Assembly (NCBI GenBank): GCA_000998135.1
Contig: LCCV01000001.1
Span: forward strand, 72,958-136,957
Length of the DNA: 64,000 nt
Source: Parcubacteria group bacterium GW2011_GWA2_42_14
GTDB taxonomy: Bacteria; Patescibacteriota; Minisyncoccia; Sungbacterales; GWA2-42-14
Direction of reading: 5' to 3'
Position 1 is the first letter of the stretch. Every line of letters begins with the position of its first letter. Shown in pieces: positions 25,464-34,491 of this stretch. A program made the translations under genes and the position numbers. The notes below the pieces were generated by a model. It was not told where the DNA came from and did not search any database. It saw only the letters and a list, made by a program, of their open reading frames with translations.

Positions 25464-27677
25464 TTATGACTTGTTTTTAACAATTTCTTTGACTGCGTTT
25501 GCAATCCTGTCCGGCTGGGGTTCATAATGATGCCAATCCGGCGGCGGAGGATTATAGCATCTCGGCGGCCCGACGCGCACCAACGGAACAGAAAGGCGTT
25601 CAAAAGATTTTTGATTCTCATAAACGGTTGCCGCGATTTCCGCGCCGGTTCCGGCAAAAACCGGCTCTTCCTGAACAATTACCAGACCGCCGGTCTTGGC
25701 CACGGAAGAAATAAGCGTTTCCTTATCCAAGGGCGCGAACACGCGAATATCCAAAACCTCCGCCGAAATTCCTTCTTTTTCCAGCATATCCGCGGCCTCA
25801 AGGCACGAATAAACCAATCGGCCGTAAGCGGTAATCGTGACATCACGGCCTTCACGGGCAATTCTAATGCCGAAGTCTTCAATCGGCTTAGCTGCGGGGC
25901 GACGCGCTAAATCGCTTCTTACGATATTTTTTCTGATTTCCGCTTCCTTGCCGTCTATAACATATTTAAACTTCACTTCGCCCCGATATAAATTCTTGTC
26001 CTCAAAAAACAGTACGGGCTTATCGGAAGCGACAGCGGCCCAAAGCATGTCATAAAAATCCTGAACGGTTGAAGGGCACACGATTACAAATCCAGGCAAA
26101 TTCATAAAAGCCGGAGCTTCAAACTCGCGATGGCTTTCAATATAGCTTCCCCCGCCGTAAGGCAGGCGCACTACCACCGGCATCTTTACCAAACCGCCGC
26201 TTCTCTGGCGCATTCTCGGCAACTCAACGAAAACATGGTCCCCGCAGCCGTAAACAAAACCGGAATATTGAATTTCCACAATCGGCCTGAAACCGGCCAT
26301 GGCCCAGCCAATAGCGTGCCCCATAATTCCCCACTCATCAAGCGGAGTATCAATAATGCGATTTTTACCGAAAATCGCCTGCTGAGGAAGATGCTGAACA
26401 AGAATCTCCGATTCATACTTGGGTAAATGCTTCTTAATGAATTCTTCCGGCAGCGACACGGCAAGATTTACCGAACCGGCCGCGCCCACGTCTTCCCCCA
26501 TAACAACCACTCTCGGGTCATGAGTTAAAATATCATAGTGGGCAAAATTAATGGCATCGCGCGGCGTTGAGTCCGCGATTGTTTCCGGAGGAAAAGAAAC
26601 AGTTGAAAAATCGCGGTATTTTTCATCAACAAAAGATTTTTCGTTCAATTCAACGCTTTTTTCAATGGCTCCGGCGCCATTTATCTCTTTCAATGCCGCG
26701 TAAGTTTTCTTGGCAACCCCGATAACGAGCAATTCAATTTCCCGCGCGCGCATATCGTCTTTTTCCTTGTTCCATTCAATCCCCAGCCGTTTCGCGCGCT
26801 CACTCATCAAAAAAATCTTCATCCGCACCAAAGGGTCTTCCAAATCCCTGCGTTTTTTTTCCTCTTCCGGAATTTTAATAAGTTCGCCGACGGCGGTCGT
26901 ATGGCGGTCAAGCCGATAAGTTACCGCCTCAATCAGAGTAGCGCCTTCGCCGCCCATTGCCCTTTGGCGCGCCCGTTTGGCCGCGGCATAAACGGCAAAA
27001 GGGTCATTTCCGTCAACACGCTCCGAAGCGATGCCGTAAGCTACCGCTTTTTCGGCAAAGGTTTTCGTGGCCGTCTGCATTCTGGTCGGAGTAGAAATCG
27101 CCCATTGGTTATTTTCACAGATGAAAATCGTGGGAACCTTATGAACGCCGGCAAAATTCATTGCCGAATGGAAATCCGCCCGCGAAGTCGCGCCATCGCC
27201 GAAATAGGAAACGGACACGAGAGCCGGCTTGCCATGCTGAAAAAATTTTGCCCAAGCAAAACCAACGGCATGAGTAAGGTGGACGCCGACCAGAACATAG
27301 GGAATCATTGAATTATGCTCCAAATTATTTTCAACGGACTTAGTGTCAGCTATGCCGTAAAAAATCCTCCACATTGCCTCAATGGAAACTCCATGGGTAA
27401 AAGGGCCCGCTTGCGAACGCGTATACCAAAATATCCAATCCTCTGGCATCAAGGCATAAGCGCTTGCGACCTCGGCAGCTTCCTGCCCCTTGGGAGAAAT
27501 ATAAAGCGGCATATGCTTATCAACCTGCGCTTCCCGAGTCGCCCTCTTTTCAAAGGATCTCATTAAAAGCATATACTCATAAATCTTCACGCAATCGGCG
27601 GCCATAAGGCCGGTATCCATAAAAAGCTCTTCATTGATGGCGCCATCGGGCCTTAAAATCTGATACATTTCAGACAT
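25464..27677 (-). CDS. Fused 2-oxoacid (pyruvate/branched-chain) dehydrogenase E1 alpha+beta
   Basis: GQEA and TPP motif GDGATS..ENNQWAIS; beta-subunit GEDVG, DTPLDE, EIQYSGF and KTGGLVIVQE; start set at MSEMYQIL. Confidence 0.9.
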   Translation of the reverse strand: MSEMYQILRPDGAINEELFMDTGLMAADCVKIYEYMLLMRSFEKRATREAQVDKHMPLYISPKGQEAAEVASAYALMPEDWIFWYTRSQAGPFTHGVSIEAMWRIFYGIADTKSVENNLEHNSMIPYVLVGVHLTHAVGFAWAKFFQHGKPALVSVSYFGDGATSRADFHSAMNFAGVHKVPTIFICENNQWAISTPTRMQTATKTFAEKAVAYGIASERVDGNDPFAVYAAAKRARQRAMGGEGATLIEAVTYRLDRHTTAVGELIKIPEEEKKRRDLEDPLVRMKIFLMSERAKRLGIEWNKEKDDMRAREIELLVIGVAKKTYAALKEINGAGAIEKSVELNEKSFVDEKYRDFSTVSFPPETIADSTPRDAINFAHYDILTHDPRVVVMGEDVGAAGSVNLAVSLPEEFIKKHLPKYESEILVQHLPQQAIFGKNRIIDTPLDEWGIMGHAIGWAMAGFRPIVEIQYSGFVYGCGDHVFVELPRMRQRSGGLVKMPVVVRLPYGGGSYIESHREFEAPAFMNLPGFVIVCPSTVQDFYDMLWAAVASDKPVLFFEDKNLYRGEVKFKYVIDGKEAEIRKNIVRSDLARRPAAKPIEDFGIRIAREGRDVTITAYGRLVYSCLEAADMLEKEGISAEVLDIRVFAPLDKETLISSVAKTGGLVIVQEEPVFAGTGAEIAATVYENQKSFERLSVPLVRVGPPRCYNPPPPDWHHYEPQPDRIANAVKEIVKNKS

Positions 27678-27748
27678 TTTTGAGTCCCTATTGTTAAATG
27701 TCAAAAAACCGTATATTCCCTTAGTTACATATTTTTTGCAAAAAATCA

Positions 27749-27896
27749 ACCCCGTAGTAGAATTTCGGCTATTTGCTTTTGCCGCTGCAAAAGCAAAAAT
27801 TTTCACAGCCTACTGCGTAATTTTCATAAAAACAGCAGCAGAGTTTTAACCCGTATGTTGCTGTACCTAATTTAAGCCGAAATTTCACTACGGGGT
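27749..27896. mobile_element. MITE-like element with about 22-bp terminal inverted repeats
   Basis: ACCCCGTAGTAGAATTTCGGCT..AGCCGAAATTTCACTACGGGGT, with TCAA at both flanks. Confidence 0.6.
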
Positions 27897-27960
27897 CAAG
27901 CCGTAAAAAATTCTGTAATTTGTCTAAAAATGTTTTAAAATGTATGATAAAAAAGCTGCT

Positions 27961-28878
27961 ATGTCAAATAAAATAGATTTACAAATACAATCAAACGTTT
28001 CAGACGGCAAATATTCCCCGGCTGAATTGGTGCGCCGAGCCAAATCACTCGGCCTTGAAACAATTGCCATAACCGACCACGATACTGTGGACGGAATACT
28101 AGAAGCATGGGAAGAAGGAAAAAATCAGAGAATAAAAGTGATACCGGGAATTGAGATGTCCTGCCGTTTTATGGAACACGGAATCCATATTCTTGGATTT
28201 GGAATTGACCGGAGAAACCCCGCTCTTGTTTCCCGCCTCAAAGAATTCCAGGAAGAACGCAAGAAAAAAACCGAACGTATAGTAGAATTACTTCAAAAAG
28301 CAGGATTTAAAATAACTTTTGAAGATGTTCAAAAAGAAGCAACCGGTTCAACCATGGCCCGCCCTCACATTGCTTTAGCCCTTCTTCATAATCCGGAAAA
28401 CAAAGAAAAACTCGGCTCGCTTAATACAGTACATAAAGTAATTGAGGAGTGGCTCGTTACCGGCAAACCGACTTATGTTGATAGGAAAGAAATTGAAACC
28501 AAAGAAGCAATTAAGTTGATCCATAATGCCGGCGGAGTCGCGATTTGGTCGCACCCCACAGTTTCCATACGCAACAACTTTCAAAAAACCGAAGAAGTGT
28601 TAAAAGCATTCATTTCCTATGATATTGACGGCTTAGAAGCATTTCACCCGGACTATTCCGAAGACGAAACAGAATTTTTAAACACTCTTACCGGACAATA
28701 CGGACTTCTGCGAAGCGCGGGCTCGGATTTTCACCGCGAACCCGGACCCGGAGAAACTACAGAAGGCGGAGATACGCTTGCCTCCTTCGAAACTTACGGC
28801 TTTGATATTTCCGACATCATCTCCAAACTTGAATCCGCCATTTTAAAGCGCCAGTTAAAATCCGAAATGCAAACATAA
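27961..28878 (+). CDS. PHP-domain phosphoesterase (TrpH/YciV-like)
   Basis: AITDHDT, GIEMS, HILG, RPHIA, SHP and GSDFH motifs; first motif is QxQ instead of HxH. Confidence 0.9.
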   Translation: MSNKIDLQIQSNVSDGKYSPAELVRRAKSLGLETIAITDHDTVDGILEAWEEGKNQRIKVIPGIEMSCRFMEHGIHILGFGIDRRNPALVSRLKEFQEERKKKTERIVELLQKAGFKITFEDVQKEATGSTMARPHIALALLHNPENKEKLGSLNTVHKVIEEWLVTGKPTYVDRKEIETKEAIKLIHNAGGVAIWSHPTVSIRNNFQKTEEVLKAFISYDIDGLEAFHPDYSEDETEFLNTLTGQYGLLRSAGSDFHREPGPGETTEGGDTLASFETYGFDISDIISKLESAILKRQLKSEMQT

Positions 28879-29040
28879 AATCCGCCATGAATTTATTGAA
28901 GGACGGATTTTTTTAAAACAAATTGGCATTATGTTATTTATTTGCCGTTTCCAAGTCGCTTCTTAAACATTCGCGCGCGTATGTAAAATTTATAATAAAT
29001 CAATAAGGGTGTCCGGCACTATTTTTTATGACACCGTTTT

Positions 29041-29514
29041 CTACGGCTCTTTTATAAGACCGATTTCGTAATCACGATAACCGGCTTTGTGATAAAAATT
29101 TGTTGCCTTAGTATTTTTAGCAAGTACATATACTTTAATGTGTTCAATATCCTTAGACGCAGTAAGCTCTTCAGCCTTTTTCATCAAAGCTTCCCCAATA
29201 CCTCTATTGCGATATTGTAACAACACAACCAAATCGGAAATATACATATAGGTATGGTTTTTTACCGCAAGCGCGGCCTCTGGATCGACTTCAATCCATA
29301 AAGATATAAACCCAACAACTTCATTATCTTCCTCAGCAACAAATATCCACTGTTTATCTTTTCCTCTTTCTCGAAGCAGGTATTCCAAATATTTCTCGGC
29401 CATTCGCTTACCCTCCAGTCGGTCCGATTCTAACATTCGTTCAAAATCCTGCAATTCAATAATGCATTTTAACAACTTCTCTCTATCCGTATTTTTATAT
29501 TCTCGAATAATCAT
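29041..29514 (-). CDS. GNAT acetyltransferase
   Basis: YRNRGIGEALM and NTKATNFYHKAGY motifs. Confidence 0.9.
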   Translation of the reverse strand: MIIREYKNTDREKLLKCIIELQDFERMLESDRLEGKRMAEKYLEYLLRERGKDKQWIFVAEEDNEVVGFISLWIEVDPEAALAVKNHTYMYISDLVVLLQYRNRGIGEALMKKAEELTASKDIEHIKVYVLAKNTKATNFYHKAGYRDYEIGLIKEP

Positions 29515-29975
29515 ACCCTACAATAAGAAAGCAGCAGCCTCGGCTCCCCATCGCCGTAATAATTATCTTTCCATGATTCAATAGCAAAACCGAGAGAAAG
29601 ATACAGCATTAAAGCGCGGGTATTGCGCGGATGCGTAACAAGGTCAATTCGTTTCATATTCTTTAACTTCTGAAGAATACGTTTACTTGCTTCGCGTCCG
29701 ATGCCTTGTCCTTGAAAACGCGGACAAATCACCAGCCCGCTTAAATACGCGTGACTCTGACCCTTCATTTCATACTGAACAGTTCCGGCTATTTTGCCGT
29801 CCTTTTTTATAAAATACACCTGATTGTTTTTGAGTTCTTCTTTTGCTTCGTCTTCACCCGTAATTCCTGAATACGTCTTTGGCCCCACAACACTTTTTTC
29901 GATGGCTAAATATTGGTTCACATCTTCCGGCGTTGCTAATACTAATGAAATTTTTTGATTGCCTTTTTTCATCAT
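29511..29975 (-). CDS. GNAT acetyltransferase (RimI-like)
   Basis: FQGQGIG, NTRALMLYLSLGF and NYYGDGE motifs. Confidence 0.9.
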   Translation of the reverse strand: MMKKGNQKISLVLATPEDVNQYLAIEKSVVGPKTYSGITGEDEAKEELKNNQVYFIKKDGKIAGTVQYEMKGQSHAYLSGLVICPRFQGQGIGREASKRILQKLKNMKRIDLVTHPRNTRALMLYLSLGFAIESWKDNYYGDGEPRLLLSYCRV

Positions 29976-30018
29976 AACTTTTTATTTTTATTTTGCCTCT
30001 CCGGCATAAAAAACTATT

Positions 30019-30540
30019 TTATAGTATCAAGGTTGTGGGGTTGTTCATAACATTATATTCGCACACCTTTACGCCTTCAAGTTTTGCGGTTTCGTCAATG
30101 GGAATTAGCGAGATTCCATCTGTGTCAAATGGCTTAATGCCTTCTTTAATAGAAATCGGAACTTCATGAAGAATAATTTTCTTAACCATGCCGTTTTTCA
30201 GTAAAAAATTATTTAACATTGGCCCGCTTGATACCAAGGCATCCGGCGCTAACACTAAAGCGTCTTTCGGAGAATGAACGACAATATATCCTTTCTTTGG
30301 AAGAAAATTCCGATTACCGCTTATTACTATTTTTTTAATTGGCAATTCTTCAAATGACCGGAAAAATTCTTTGCCGTAGTTCTGAATTGCATCATACGTT
30401 TTCCGGCCCATTATCAATGCTCCGTATTCCCGGCAAAGATTAAGAAAGTTCGGCCACAGATTGTCCGGAATAAAATCCTCACTTCCATCCTTTCGGGCAA
30501 TAAAGCCATCGGATGATATTACATTATATAAAGTCAGCAT
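30019..30540 (-). CDS. Dihydrofolate reductase / RibD C-terminal family protein
   Basis: SSDGFIA, LIMGRKTY and GIKPF motifs; start set at MLTLYNV. Confidence 0.85.
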   Translation of the reverse strand: MLTLYNVISSDGFIARKDGSEDFIPDNLWPNFLNLCREYGALIMGRKTYDAIQNYGKEFFRSFEELPIKKIVISGNRNFLPKKGYIVVHSPKDALVLAPDALVSSGPMLNNFLLKNGMVKKIILHEVPISIKEGIKPFDTDGISLIPIDETAKLEGVKVCEYNVMNNPTTLIL

Positions 30541-30547
30541 AATATTG

Positions 30548-30742
30548 TTAAATTCCCAAATTGCTGTAGGTATTGATAAATTGAGGGATGAGAAAAAATA
30601 GCCCGATAAGAGGAAAAACGACCACCGCCAGCGAAATAATAAGCGTCCAAAAAAAATACCGCCGCATCTGCCGAACCATCTTTGCATTTTCCTCGAGTTT
30701 TTTCTCAATCTCCTCAAGTTTTCGTAAAATTTCCTGTTCCAT
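30548..30742 (-). CDS. Small membrane protein
   Basis: MEQEILRKLEE coiled segment followed by a TM helix. Confidence 0.75.
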   Translation of the reverse strand: MEQEILRKLEEIEKKLEENAKMVRQMRRYFFWTLIISLAVVVFPLIGLFFLIPQFINTYSNLGI

Positions 30743-30789
30743 AATTTTGAAGGATAAAAAGACGCCTGACACTAATTCTTATAAAAATA

Positions 30790-31134
30790 CTATGCAAATA
30801 TTTTCCACGCGCCGTTCTCAAAATGCGCAACTGAGCGTGTCGCCACAGGCATTCCGTCGGCGTCAAAAAAGGCGCCGTGGATTGCTGTCCGCGATGCTTG
30901 ACCTTCCGGATAACGGCCCTTTCTCATATAAAAGTATTCGGTGTAGCCACCTTCTTCCGCGATTTTGATATTCCACAAATAAAGACCCTTCCCATCTTCA
31001 CGCGTTCTCACCTGCTCAAATTCTGCATTTTTCAACAACCGCTCAAAAACAGAGCGCACCTCTTCCATGGCCGGAACATGCTCCGGCCCACTCTCAAAAG
31101 AATTTATTTGTTCTGGTGGTCCTTCAAATGACAT
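30790..31134 (-). CDS. Hypothetical protein
   Basis: MSFEGP.. start; REDGKGLYLW and EYFYMRKGRYPEG segments. Confidence 0.7.
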   Translation of the reverse strand: MSFEGPPEQINSFESGPEHVPAMEEVRSVFERLLKNAEFEQVRTREDGKGLYLWNIKIAEEGGYTEYFYMRKGRYPEGQASRTAIHGAFFDADGMPVATRSVAHFENGAWKIFA

Positions 31135-31144
31135 AATTTTATTT

Positions 31145-31830
31145 TTAATTATCTTTTTCAATATCTTCGTCAAAAAGGGTCCGAACCGCAAAAAACTGCA
31201 AATCGGATTTAATCAAAATCCTTTTTATATCGGTTTGGGCAATAAGTGAAATCAATGGATTGGTAGAATTTTTCGGAACAACCTCGTCCGGAATAGAAAA
31301 CCCTATGTATTCAATTGTTTTCTTTGCTCTATGCCTGATCCAATCAATTGCCGGTATTAAATCCGAATCCGAACTGACTATTATGGCAGTATCATATTTA
31401 TTATCAATTGCCCCCACTATTAAATCTGTGGCCAATTTCACATCAATACCCTTTTCTCTTAATCGTTCAATCTTAATCTTGTTAATGCCGAGTTGCAAAA
31501 GATTTTTATAATCGGCAACACGATTATCAATATATATTTCTTCTGTTCTTCTCTTTAATTTGCTGGTCTTTATTTTCCACTTATTATTTTTTAAAAATGT
31601 AAACAAGAAAGTCTGTTTAGCCATAGCTTCTTTGCTTCGCAAATCTCCTTCTCGTTCACTCACTGTTCCTGTATAGTATCTCTTGCCCATATCGGAAATA
31701 ATCCTGCCGTTAGCAAGAAAGACCGCAAACTTTTCAAAATCAAACTGCGTTTCGTCTAAATTGAGCTTTTCAAAACAAGATGGTAGAAATTACTGCCGTC
31801 AATATATATAGAAACCCGTTTTTTCTCCAT
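31145..31830 (-). pseudogene. NYN/LabA PIN-like domain gene with a 1-nt frameshift near 31767-31771
   Basis: N-terminal MEKKRVSIYIDGSNFYHLVL is out of frame with the body carrying EKGIDVKLATD and VSSDSDLIP. Confidence 0.8.
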
Positions 31831-32260
31831 TTTTCCATTATGCACTAAAAACGAAAACCTGCACACTACCGAAGTAGGCGCAGGCGACTTTCACTTACTT
31901 TATACACCCATCCTAATCTATTGTCAAGCGGTCAAAAAATCCTCATATTTACTGATTATAATACTGCTCTGTGGATAAAAAATATTCCGCCTCCTTCGCC
32001 AAAACCTCCGCCTTCACTCCCCGCTTCACCCAAGACCGCGCTCGTGCCGCGTAGCGAAGTTACTTCAAAGAGCGGTGCGAGGCGAGAAAGTTTCAACGAA
32101 ATAGAAAGATACTTGAATAGAAAGGTACCTGACACCAATTTCCATAGTTTTATTTTTAATTTAGCTGATAAATATGAAATCCCGCCCCTTATACCAAAAC
32201 CGCGTACAGACAACAAAAAGGCGCTTGACATCAATTTTATTTACATTGTTTTTTGAAAGA

Positions 32261-32503
32261 TTAAAAACGGTAAGTACTTTCCTGTCGTCTTTCAATCATT
32301 AAAATAAATATTTTTCCATGCGCCACCAGGCGATAAACTATTCGAATATCGCTTTTTCGAACACGAAAAATATCTTCTCTTCCTTTGAGCTTCTTAATAT
32401 CAAGACCTTCTGTTTTTCCAGAAGAAAGCCGCTCAAGTATTTCCTTAGCCCATTCTCGCTCTTTTTGAGTAAGTTTTTGCAGCGCTTTTTCAATCTTGTC
32501 CAC
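32261..32503 (-). CDS. RelE-family toxin
   Basis: DIKKLKGREDIFRVRKSDIRIVY motif. Confidence 0.85.
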   Translation of the reverse strand: MDKIEKALQKLTQKEREWAKEILERLSSGKTEGLDIKKLKGREDIFRVRKSDIRIVYRLVAHGKIFILMIERRQESTYRF

Positions 32504-32509
32504 AAAAAT

Positions 32510-32728
32510 TTAGAGACATGATAGCAAGCCCCTCAAGCCGACACCGCCCTTTTTAATCTTAGTAAAGTCAATAACCGTCTCCCACAACCCAACATCATCG
32601 TCGGGCGGAGAAAGCTTAAATACGGGCCTTGAACGGCGCATAACGATAAAAGATTTCCCTTTTTGAACCTCGGAAATATAAATATCCGCATTTTCCCGAA
32701 GCTCTTTTAATCCAATAAGATTTCCCAT
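32510..32728 (-). CDS. Phd/YefM-family antitoxin
   Basis: IGLKELREN..GKSFIVMRRSRPVF motif. Confidence 0.85.
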   Translation of the reverse strand: MGNLIGLKELRENADIYISEVQKGKSFIVMRRSRPVFKLSPPDDDVGLWETVIDFTKIKKGGVGLRGLLSCL

Positions 32729-32831
32729 AATACCCTAAGTTTACTCTTAGATAATCTTTAAGTCAAGCGCACCAAACCCCTTCCCCACGGCGTCTAATGT
32801 TGCGTATTTGCGATTGCGTTTAACATTGCTT

Positions 32832-33308
32832 CTACGTGTGTTTATCCGCCACCGTTGAGGCCCCGAATGAGTTCGGTTTGATTACCGCTTCAAAACCGTA
32901 TCCCTTTACCATTCCCACGACCGTATCAATCAATTCTCTGGTAGGCCCGTTTTCTCCCACATCAATATGCACCTGATTATCCCAAAAAGCTTCATCTCCA
33001 AGGCGGTCACGAAGCCGAGAGCGCACTTCCTGCGCCAAAGTTATGGAATTCATGGTTTCGGCATAAATTCTGTCGCGAAGGGTCAAAAAAACTTTGGGCT
33101 CGGCTTTAGTCCAAAAATGAATGGCTCCGTTCCCAACGCGCCAAACCGTAACCGCGGTAACCAACTCAACCGGACTTGAAGAAGCCGAATCCGAACCGAT
33201 TATAATATGGTACCACTTGCCGGGTTCGGCTTTTACAAATTCAATTACTTCGGTGATGACTTCATCGAGAGTAAGTATTCCTTTTGATTGACTATAAAAA
33301 TGTGACAA
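32832..33308 (-). CDS. RNase H-like YkuK (DUF458) family protein
   Basis: IIGSDS, VHIDVGENG and IKPNSFGASTVADKHT motifs; TTG start, or ATG 33420 if the hairpin is removed. Confidence 0.88.
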   Translation of the reverse strand: MSHFYSQSKGILTLDEVITEVIEFVKAEPGKWYHIIIGSDSASSSPVELVTAVTVWRVGNGAIHFWTKAEPKVFLTLRDRIYAETMNSITLAQEVRSRLRDRLGDEAFWDNQVHIDVGENGPTRELIDTVVGMVKGYGFEAVIKPNSFGASTVADKHT

Positions 33309-33314
33309 GTAAAC

Positions 33315-33417
33315 CGATGCAAATATACTAATGAATACTAATGATACAAATAATCATACGAATAACGGATTTGTATAGTTATTCGTATAATTCGTATGCA
33401 TTTGTATATTGGTATCG
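33315..33417. repeat. 103-nt ACGAAT-type hairpin separating a TAATG junction from the ykuK body
   Basis: CGATGCAAATATAC..GTATATTGGTATCG arms. Confidence 0.8.
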
Positions 33418-33419
33418 CA

Positions 33420-34232
33420 TTAAAATAATGAAGCTTGCAAATCCTGCGGGGCTTTGTAAAACTCATTTATTGGCTCGGCCGCGAGAATTCCTTCCATTTT
33501 GAATTTGCGAAGGCCTTGTCGAAGGTGGCAATACGCGGAAATTTCTTTACCGTTTATTCCATAAATATCTATCTTCCTTTTTTTCTTAAAATCCTCGCCC
33601 TTGGAGGCCTGCCTGGAAACATATTCAATGAAAAGCCGCTGGCGGTTCTTAAAAGCATTTTCAATGGTATTAAACAAAGAAAGTTCCGGCATTTTCTGCC
33701 AATTTACCGCAACCGCCCTTTTTTGTTTTTCATACAATGATTCAAAAAGAAGGTGGCCATGTTTTTTTCCGTATTCATACAGGTCGCGGGTCAATTCAAC
33801 ATCTTTCAAACAATATTTTTTTATATCGTCAATTCTGCCTTCTTTAAACCATTGAAGAGCTTGCAAGCCATCGGCGGATTTTTTCGCGCCAAGCGTTGCT
33901 CCGGCTAAACTTTGCAAAGACAAACGGTGGCCCAATTTTGTCGTAACATCTTCAAAAATATCAAGGGTCGGAAGCAAAGCAATATTTACATTTTTAAAAT
34001 ACGGCTGAAGCACCTGATAATCAAAACTTTTAGTGTTAAAACCTATTAAAAGTTCGGCATTCTCAATAGCTTCTTCAAACTGCGGAATTTCTCGCTCCTC
34101 ATACGCCTGAAATTTAGCGGTTTCATAAAAATAAGCGCCCACAACCGAGACGCCAAGAGCGCTAACATTATTCCTTCCCCCGACTTCATCAAATGATTTT
34201 TTTGTCTCTACGTCAAATACTATCTCTTTCAT
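33420..34232 (-). CDS. RNase H-like (YprB/RNase_H_2) exonuclease fused to a C-terminal WYL domain
   Basis: VFDVET, GFNTKSFD and YCLKDV motifs; C-terminal IEYVS..RKIDIY..AYCHLRQGLRKFKMEGI. Confidence 0.82.
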   Translation of the reverse strand: MKEIVFDVETKKSFDEVGGRNNVSALGVSVVGAYFYETAKFQAYEEREIPQFEEAIENAELLIGFNTKSFDYQVLQPYFKNVNIALLPTLDIFEDVTTKLGHRLSLQSLAGATLGAKKSADGLQALQWFKEGRIDDIKKYCLKDVELTRDLYEYGKKHGHLLFESLYEKQKRAVAVNWQKMPELSLFNTIENAFKNRQRLFIEYVSRQASKGEDFKKKRKIDIYGINGKEISAYCHLRQGLRKFKMEGILAAEPINEFYKAPQDLQASLF

Positions 34233-34273
34233 AATTTCCACTCTATCACAGGGTTTTTAAAACTGCAATGGCG

Positions 34274-34395
34274 GGGCCGTTGAATAATTAATTTTATTCC
34301 CTGAGCGAAGTCGAAGGGATACCATACTTAAGCCCAAAAGTTATCCTTCGATAAACTCAGGAAATAACTTTTGGGCGATTATTCAACGATCTCAT
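34274..34395. repeat. Nested inverted-repeat element
   Basis: CGTTGAATAAT..ATTATTCAACG outer arms, with CCTGAGCGAAGTCGAAGG and CCTTCGATAAACTCAGG units inside. Confidence 0.65.
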
Positions 34396-34491
34396 GACGG
34401 GGCTTGTGTAATTTATGAAATTATGATACAGATAAAAAGCCGATTCAAAGCCCCCCTTAAACAAAACTAGAGGGCAAAGGAGGAAACGGCA

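Noticed and set aside
27678-27806. ORF-track N-terminal extensions (E1 fusion; likewise rpsT 17212-17274, polA 11816-11869, 49042-49104, yidD 59348-59422)
   Set aside because: They run through hairpin or repeat elements; family N-termini begin at downstream ATGs
27961-28010. CAA-to-His codon reassignment suggested by two His-to-Gln motif changes (PHP, amidohydrolase)
   Set aside because: CAA encodes conserved Gln elsewhere (for example UvrB GDQPQA) and other catalytic His residues use CAT/CAC
31921-32256. Overlapping ORFs 31921-32256(+) and 31956-32234(-)
   Set aside because: Low-complexity, built from GC-rich palindromic repeat fragments, no start context
29041-32728. Classical integron cassette array
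   Set aside because: No integrase and no RYYYAAC..GTTRRRY attC structures recognised
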